Positions 46,915 to 52,454 of a stretch of DNA of 52,454 bases are shown here, in pieces. The position numbers and the translations under genes were made by a program. The stretch spans positions 1-52,454 of the forward strand of contig JBAXBA010000016.1 in NCBI GenBank assembly GCA_037142195.1, written 5' to 3'. Below the pieces are notes generated by a model that did no database searches, was not told the DNA's origin, and was given only the letters and a program-made list of their open reading frames with translations. This DNA is from Pseudomonadota bacterium. Its GTDB lineage: Bacteria > Bdellovibrionota_B > Oligoflexia > Oligoflexales > CAIMVM01. Numbering within the stretch: the first letter of the stretch is position 1; every line of letters begins with the position of its first letter.

Positions 46915-49900
46915 ATGACAACAAACACTGCTCCTAAAACAGAAGTCACTTTTTCGAGTTTGACAGAACACTTGAGCAAGCTTCAATTCGAATTTCGCGA
47001 TAATTATTTAGAATTTAAAATAGACCAAAAAATTTATGATTCACCTCGCAAGAGGAATAGTAGCCGAGAAGATATTGATCCTCCATCCAAAGTAGAAGAC
47101 TGGATGATCTTTAGCGATGGGCATATCCAGGCTGAAATTAGCCTCGAACTATCTAAATTAGAGCGAAATTTAATCAATTTAGTTTCAAGCTTTTTTGGGA
47201 CCAAAAGTGAATGCATCGTGCATCCATCCGACTACAATAAGTTTCACATCTCAGTTTTATGTATGCAACCCTCGACAAAGACGCAAGAACGAGGTTACAA
47301 CTCCCTCCCCATGGCAGAAGATCTCCCGTTGGGCACATTTGGCTTCACGTTGGAAGTATTACCATCAAACTTTGGGATAACCCTTGTTTACAGAGATTTG
47401 TACTGTCTTGGCTATAATCCTCCTGATTTCATATTAAAATTTCCAAAATGGATGAGAACAGCAATCGGGGTTGAAGGCTTTACAGATGAAAATCCTCATT
47501 CTATTAATATAAATGAAGTTTTTGTGCCTTTTTCTGCTCTGCTTTTTTCAAAAGTTCACGCGAAAAACAATGAACGGCGACGAGCTATTCAACTTATTCA
47601 AGCCTGGAAAGACAAGACTTCCGAAAAACAAGACATTATTATGAAGTTCGATTCTGATAACAATCTACTTGTGATTAAGTCAAGCTCCATCGCTGACGTC
47701 AATCAGATATTTCCTATGCCTATGTCCCTGCTTAAAATTCGAGAGCAAGTTAGGCACCATCAAAGCTTTGAACTTGATTTCGCTGAGGGCCGATGGTCTG
47801 CTGTGTCTGATTATTTGGCCAACATGAAGTCATCTGAAAGTAGCTACTACCTGCAACTCAGATCGGCTTACTTTGCTTTAATGAGCCGAACGCCGCATAA
47901 GTATTTGTCTCTCATAGGGCTTATAGGTACCTCGAAGAATGAGCTTGAGTCCTTAAGCGCTCGTCTACGCCTTGCTCCTAGCCGAGAGGCAAAGCTCTCT
48001 ATACTTAGCAAAAAGATAAAAATTTTTGCAGTAAATTGGCCGGAAGCCGAAACAGACCCCTATATTGGTCAGGTTTTTTCAGAATTTCTTGGGGACCTAT
48101 GGCGGTATGAAAATAGAACAACAGCCCTTAATTGTTACGAACGGGCATTGGAATTTGCGGGACATCCAGGGCGACTTCTGAGAAAGAAGAAAGAAATCTT
48201 TCAAGAGATGGGTGACGAGGAAAATACACTTAAAATCTTAGACAACCTCATTGAGAGGGAACCAAGAAAAACTGAGATCTCGAAGCTTCTTTTGGAAAAA
48301 ACCGATATCTTGCAGAGAGACCTGTATATAGAAGCTGCATGCGAAACAGCACTGAAGGCTCTTAGCTTCGATAGGCACTCATTTTTAGCGATAAAGGCAT
48401 TAGCTGCTTCATTTGTCATGGCAAAAAGATACCCGGAAGCTATAAAAGCACTAGATGATTTTATTGAGGAACCCCATCCAAGTTTTTCTGGGAGACAACA
48501 AGCCGAACTGCACGCAACTGTTGGCGAAATCTGGCTTTCTTGCCTAAATGCTCCAGAAATCGCCGTTGACCGCCTTGCATTGGCTTCCAGCCTCGATCAG
48601 GAACGCCCAGAGTATCTTCAAAACCTCGCCAAGGTTCAAGGAATTTTGGGTAGATTTGGAGATCAAGCCAAGTCACTTGAGGTCTACATAGCACTTATGG
48701 CCAAGCACGACGACCCTGACCAGGTGCGATGGGCAAATGAGCAACTAAACCAAATATACGCTTCAGATGACAGTTCACTCGCCATCCAAAAAGCCTTGCA
48801 TTTAAACAAGCTGCTGAAAGCAACTCCTATAAGTCTTGATTCGGTTAAAAACTTAGCAAAGTCTTTTTCTCGAGGGGAAGACTGGAAGAACATCATTGAA
48901 ACGGCTTTCAGTAGACTAAATGAAGTAGAAACAGAATTGGAAACGGGAAAGCTTCTAGATTTTCTGGCCGATCAAGCCGAGGCCGTAGTTGGTGACTTAG
49001 ATTTAGCAAGCCGATGTCGAAAGAATGCGCTAGAATACTCGTTTCTTTCACCCAATATTTTTAACTACAACTACAATTTGTTAAGATCTAGTGAAAACCT
49101 GAAAATGCTAGGAAACCTATGTGTGAGATGGGTTGAACTGGGATTCTCAGATAGATTAGAAATCGTGCGCGAATGCATTGAGAACGACTACTTAATCGAA
49201 TCTCAGGTACTAGATGAATGGGCCATAAGGGCCACCGAAATCGGCCATATAAACTTTGACCTTATTCAGCATCGTATACAGATTCATCTGCGAAATAAGA
49301 ATTCAACTCGGACGTTGGCCCTATGGAAAAATGTTAAAGAAATCGACCTTGGTCCCATTCGTAGAAAGAGAATTTTTGATTGCATTACCGACTTATTGAT
49401 AGAAGAACAACACTGGGAAGAATTAAAATTGGCATTTCATTGGTTTGCCTGTAACGGCGAAGATCCCCTGCAAGTATCTTTCGAAGCCATCGAAAATCTA
49501 AAAGACAGGGTTTCGGACATTGAATTGTTAGATTTCATATTGATCAATTTGAAGCATGGCTCTGTTCCCAGCTTGGACATCAAAAGAACCCAAGAAATTC
49601 TGAGATTATATCCAGATCACCTGAGGATGTATTTAGGAGTGATGGCCGAAAATACTTTAGATCTGCAGAAAAAATCTGAGTATATTGTCAGCGCTATTAA
49701 CCTTGCGACTAAGGATTCGCCAAGTCAAATTGAAATAGGCATTATCAATGAACTTTTTGGCGCCCCCCTGGCGTCTCAGTGGTATGGAGTCCAAAAGACT
49801 TCCCGCCTTTCCAAAATACCAGAATTTGAAGTTCAAATTTACTACTATTTAAAATATTGGGTCCCTTTTCTTTTTGAAGAGGAAAAACAATTTGCATTAC

Positions 49901-52062
49901 TGCTACTTCTAGATCTTATGAATAAATCCATAGAGAATTTACCTAGCACGATTGCTAGTTTAGATGACATCATTACCGGCACCGAATCCGAAACTATATT
50001 AAACAAAATTGCGCTGATATCTGAAGGCCTAGATGAGAATACCATTCGAATTTACCTGTCTAAGTCTATTTTTGACCCTTCACCAAAAAACACATTTCTT
50101 CTTAAAGCTTCAATAGCCAGTAATCCTAGAAAGATGATCGCTATTGCTATCGACTTTTTGGACGTCGGCAAAATTTTCGAAGACCAATCTGTAAGATTTA
50201 CACTTTTTTTTGAAACTCTAGACGCGCTTTCATCGCCACTTATTTGGAATGGAATTCAGAATAAACTCGAATCCAAAATCTATGAAGACGCGCGAAGTCT
50301 GCAACCTCACGACAGGCAAATTTCCTTCTTAGACATAAAGAATTTTGCCCCAATCCGAGGTTCGTTTCACAAGTTTATTCAAAATATTAGAAATTGCGAG
50401 CTTTCCGATGTAGATGACATATTTAACTATCTATTAGAAGCACTCGAATTTTGGCAGGAAGGAGGAGACACCGCTAGCTTTATCAAAAATGCTGCGATGG
50501 AATGCGCCAATAGAACGAACACCGTCTCGCTTCTTCATCGATTGGAAAGATTCTACTACCAGGAACCCCCTGAAATCCAAATGGTTATCTGCGCAGCCTT
50601 CAGTAGACTAGAAGAAACACCAGCATGCAAAGCGCTAGCAGAGCGCATCTATTCCAGCGTTCGAAATGGGACATTGAAGACGACTCTCTCGAACGAAAAA
50701 TTAAATCTACTTAAATCTTACTTGGGAGTTGAAGAAGCAAAATCCTCAAAAGATAGCGGCATAACTGGTGTTGAGATCAGCGTAGCATATCCGCAAGAGG
50801 CTCCACCTTCCTCGGAAAGACTTCTAGTTATGCATCCAAGTACTTCAAAAGAAGTCCCTGATATCAAATCCACTTCTTTAAATTCACATGCGAAAGAAGA
50901 CACAAAAATATTAGGTGCCACTAGTATTAGCAGCAGAGGCTCAAATGATGCTCCCACTAATATTGGTGAAGATCTTGAAGCAACTTCGATCGAAGGCTGT
51001 CCTAGTATCAATGCAAGTAGTTGGCGAGATATGGCGCGAAACAATCTTCTACGCCCCCAGGATCTTTCGGACATATGGAATCAGGAGTTCCCCAACAGTC
51101 TAAACCATCATATTTCTGTGCAAGTTGTTGCCATACTCACTGGCCAGGTCGATCGCCTAAAAGATTGGCACATGCCTGTTTGGCGAAATAGAAGATCCGC
51201 TAGTTATCCGATAAGTGTCGGGGCTCGATATCCGGAGAGCCAACTTTCACCTTCTCTTGTTGGCCCAATGGCTAAGATTTTTATGGAATTGAATCATTTT
51301 TTGTCTCTTATTTATAGAGAGAGACTTGGCGTAAATCAAATAATTAACCATATGGGAATCAGCCTTGACAGCTTCAACCATAATCTCGTGCCACTTACTT
51401 GGAACTCTCCCATCATCGTTCGCTCTGGTATTTCAGTGGTGCAAGAGAGATTCGACAATCGCCAATTGTCTTTTGCGAGCCTTCCCGACTTGGGAAAGAA
51501 TATATATTTTGATGTGAAGTCCAGGCAAATTATCTTTGATGAAGGCTACTATCACAAAATGCCTCCAAGCCATCTTTTTCATGGACTTCTGATAAAGTTC
51601 TGGGAGATCAAAACAAAATTTCAAATTTATTTTTTATTGGACCCAGTTAAAGAGCTTTGGCCTATAGTAAAACTTTTAGTCGACTTCTTATCTGACAAGA
51701 AAATAACTCGAGATGTCCTAGCGGCATCGATCTACAACAGTAGAGAGCTTGGGGGATTTTTAGAAAGAATTGATTTTAAGAAAATGTCCTTTCTATTGAA
51801 GGAAATGGGCACATTCCGTCAAAGCGAATTCTTGAAAACATACTTCGCCATGCAATCCCATCTTTATAGAATATCTGCAGCGGAAACTTTAGATATTGTA
51901 GGGCTTTTAGAATATTTGACAGGATTTAATCTTATAGAATCAGAGGGAGTATCTCTACATGATCTCTTTAAGTCATCGCGCTTCTTTCAGCCCCTCTTTA
52001 AATTTGTTCTTCAACTTGACGCAGACCCTGAAAGTCTCCCTACAATGGAAATCGCACAATAA
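46915..52062 (+). CDS. giant TPR-like repeat protein (about 1715 aa)
   Basis: TPR-like patterns such as LGDLW...ALNCYERAL and A......AL..D....A...LA; low-complexity S/T/E linker near 50730-51010. Confidence 0.75.
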   Translation: MTTNTAPKTEVTFSSLTEHLSKLQFEFRDNYLEFKIDQKIYDSPRKRNSSREDIDPPSKVEDWMIFSDGHIQAEISLELSKLERNLINLVSSFFGTKSECIVHPSDYNKFHISVLCMQPSTKTQERGYNSLPMAEDLPLGTFGFTLEVLPSNFGITLVYRDLYCLGYNPPDFILKFPKWMRTAIGVEGFTDENPHSININEVFVPFSALLFSKVHAKNNERRRAIQLIQAWKDKTSEKQDIIMKFDSDNNLLVIKSSSIADVNQIFPMPMSLLKIREQVRHHQSFELDFAEGRWSAVSDYLANMKSSESSYYLQLRSAYFALMSRTPHKYLSLIGLIGTSKNELESLSARLRLAPSREAKLSILSKKIKIFAVNWPEAETDPYIGQVFSEFLGDLWRYENRTTALNCYERALEFAGHPGRLLRKKKEIFQEMGDEENTLKILDNLIEREPRKTEISKLLLEKTDILQRDLYIEAACETALKALSFDRHSFLAIKALAASFVMAKRYPEAIKALDDFIEEPHPSFSGRQQAELHATVGEIWLSCLNAPEIAVDRLALASSLDQERPEYLQNLAKVQGILGRFGDQAKSLEVYIALMAKHDDPDQVRWANEQLNQIYASDDSSLAIQKALHLNKLLKATPISLDSVKNLAKSFSRGEDWKNIIETAFSRLNEVETELETGKLLDFLADQAEAVVGDLDLASRCRKNALEYSFLSPNIFNYNYNLLRSSENLKMLGNLCVRWVELGFSDRLEIVRECIENDYLIESQVLDEWAIRATEIGHINFDLIQHRIQIHLRNKNSTRTLALWKNVKEIDLGPIRRKRIFDCITDLLIEEQHWEELKLAFHWFACNGEDPLQVSFEAIENLKDRVSDIELLDFILINLKHGSVPSLDIKRTQEILRLYPDHLRMYLGVMAENTLDLQKKSEYIVSAINLATKDSPSQIEIGIINELFGAPLASQWYGVQKTSRLSKIPEFEVQIYYYLKYWVPFLFEEEKQFALLLLLDLMNKSIENLPSTIASLDDIITGTESETILNKIALISEGLDENTIRIYLSKSIFDPSPKNTFLLKASIASNPRKMIAIAIDFLDVGKIFEDQSVRFTLFFETLDALSSPLIWNGIQNKLESKIYEDARSLQPHDRQISFLDIKNFAPIRGSFHKFIQNIRNCELSDVDDIFNYLLEALEFWQEGGDTASFIKNAAMECANRTNTVSLLHRLERFYYQEPPEIQMVICAAFSRLEETPACKALAERIYSSVRNGTLKTTLSNEKLNLLKSYLGVEEAKSSKDSGITGVEISVAYPQEAPPSSERLLVMHPSTSKEVPDIKSTSLNSHAKEDTKILGATSISSRGSNDAPTNIGEDLEATSIEGCPSINASSWRDMARNNLLRPQDLSDIWNQEFPNSLNHHISVQVVAILTGQVDRLKDWHMPVWRNRRSASYPISVGARYPESQLSPSLVGPMAKIFMELNHFLSLIYRERLGVNQIINHMGISLDSFNHNLVPLTWNSPIIVRSGISVVQERFDNRQLSFASLPDLGKNIYFDVKSRQIIFDEGYYHKMPPSHLFHGLLIKFWEIKTKFQIYFLLDPVKELWPIVKLLVDFLSDKKITRDVLAASIYNSRELGGFLERIDFKKMSFLLKEMGTFRQSEFLKTYFAMQSHLYRISAAETLDIVGLLEYLTGFNLIESEGVSLHDLFKSSRFFQPLFKFVLQLDADPESLPTMEIAQ

Positions 52063-52454
52063 GTTGCGTGTAGCTATCTTCTGAACTGGAATCAAAAGCC
52101 TATTTAACTGCATCCTCAATTGTGAATTTCAAATAGATTTCGTTGGATATAGAGCGATTATTATGGAAGTGAAATCTAGAATATTTTGATGTCAGCACGG
52201 ACATTAGCTGCATCCCTACATGGGCCTAGAGCAAGGCATCGGACACTCCCACATGAAGTCCTCATGTTTATAGAGTCAGTTGCCCTTGATCTAGTAAGGC
52301 ACCTATAGACAGAATGGAGATGCGCTCAATTTAGACTTGAAAGGTCAAATGGCTCTTTGAAAACTCGACTGTATTCGTTCTTTTAGGATCGCTGAGGTAT
52401 CTCTATACGGGTTGCTTAAATGTCTATTCTTCGCGTGATCTATAAACTATTGGG

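Noticed and set aside
3192..51624. Numerous 60-118 aa ORFs overlapping longer genes in other frames or antisense
   Set aside because: Shadow ORFs of well-supported genes with no independent evidence.
52063..52454. Terminal region without a long ORF
   Set aside because: May be a pseudogene remnant, but it is truncated by the window edge and has no recognisable motif.

Overview
Chromosomal window of a Gram-negative bacterium, inferred to be Bdellovibrionota/Oligoflexia from gene content and order. No rRNA, tRNA, CRISPR array, integrase or transposase is recognisable. The core genes are an outer-membrane and lipid A operon (lolC/E-lolD-bamA-skp-fabZ-lpxA-lpxB-msbA-lpxK), 5-FTHF cyclo-ligase, hemL-mqnA, sixA, a long-chain prenyl synthase, a DUF6178-like pair, a STAS/zinc-ribbon plus diguanylate cyclase operon, speA, rsmD-coaD, a degenerate Tad/secretin triplet, epmA, a LonC-type protease, pfk, rlmN, fapA, a pseudo-receiver-PilZ protein, tlyA and a giant TPR protein. 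Four things stand out. (1) A 3.1-kb accessory island at the left end holds two type II toxin-antitoxin modules (one of a poorly characterised family with a frameshifted toxin) in hairpin-rich non-coding DNA. (2) Sigma-28 (FliA)-type promoters with exact 15-nt spacing recur upstream of c-di-GMP genes, both TA operons and an ORF-less region that may be an sRNA. (3) A 36-aa ultra-basic ORF, absent from the ORF track, has a near-consensus sigma-70 promoter and resembles small ribosomal proteins. (4) A 1.7-kb gap at 41.7-43.5 kb contains a decayed lipoprotein gene. Product calls rest on motif recognition by eye, not database searches.
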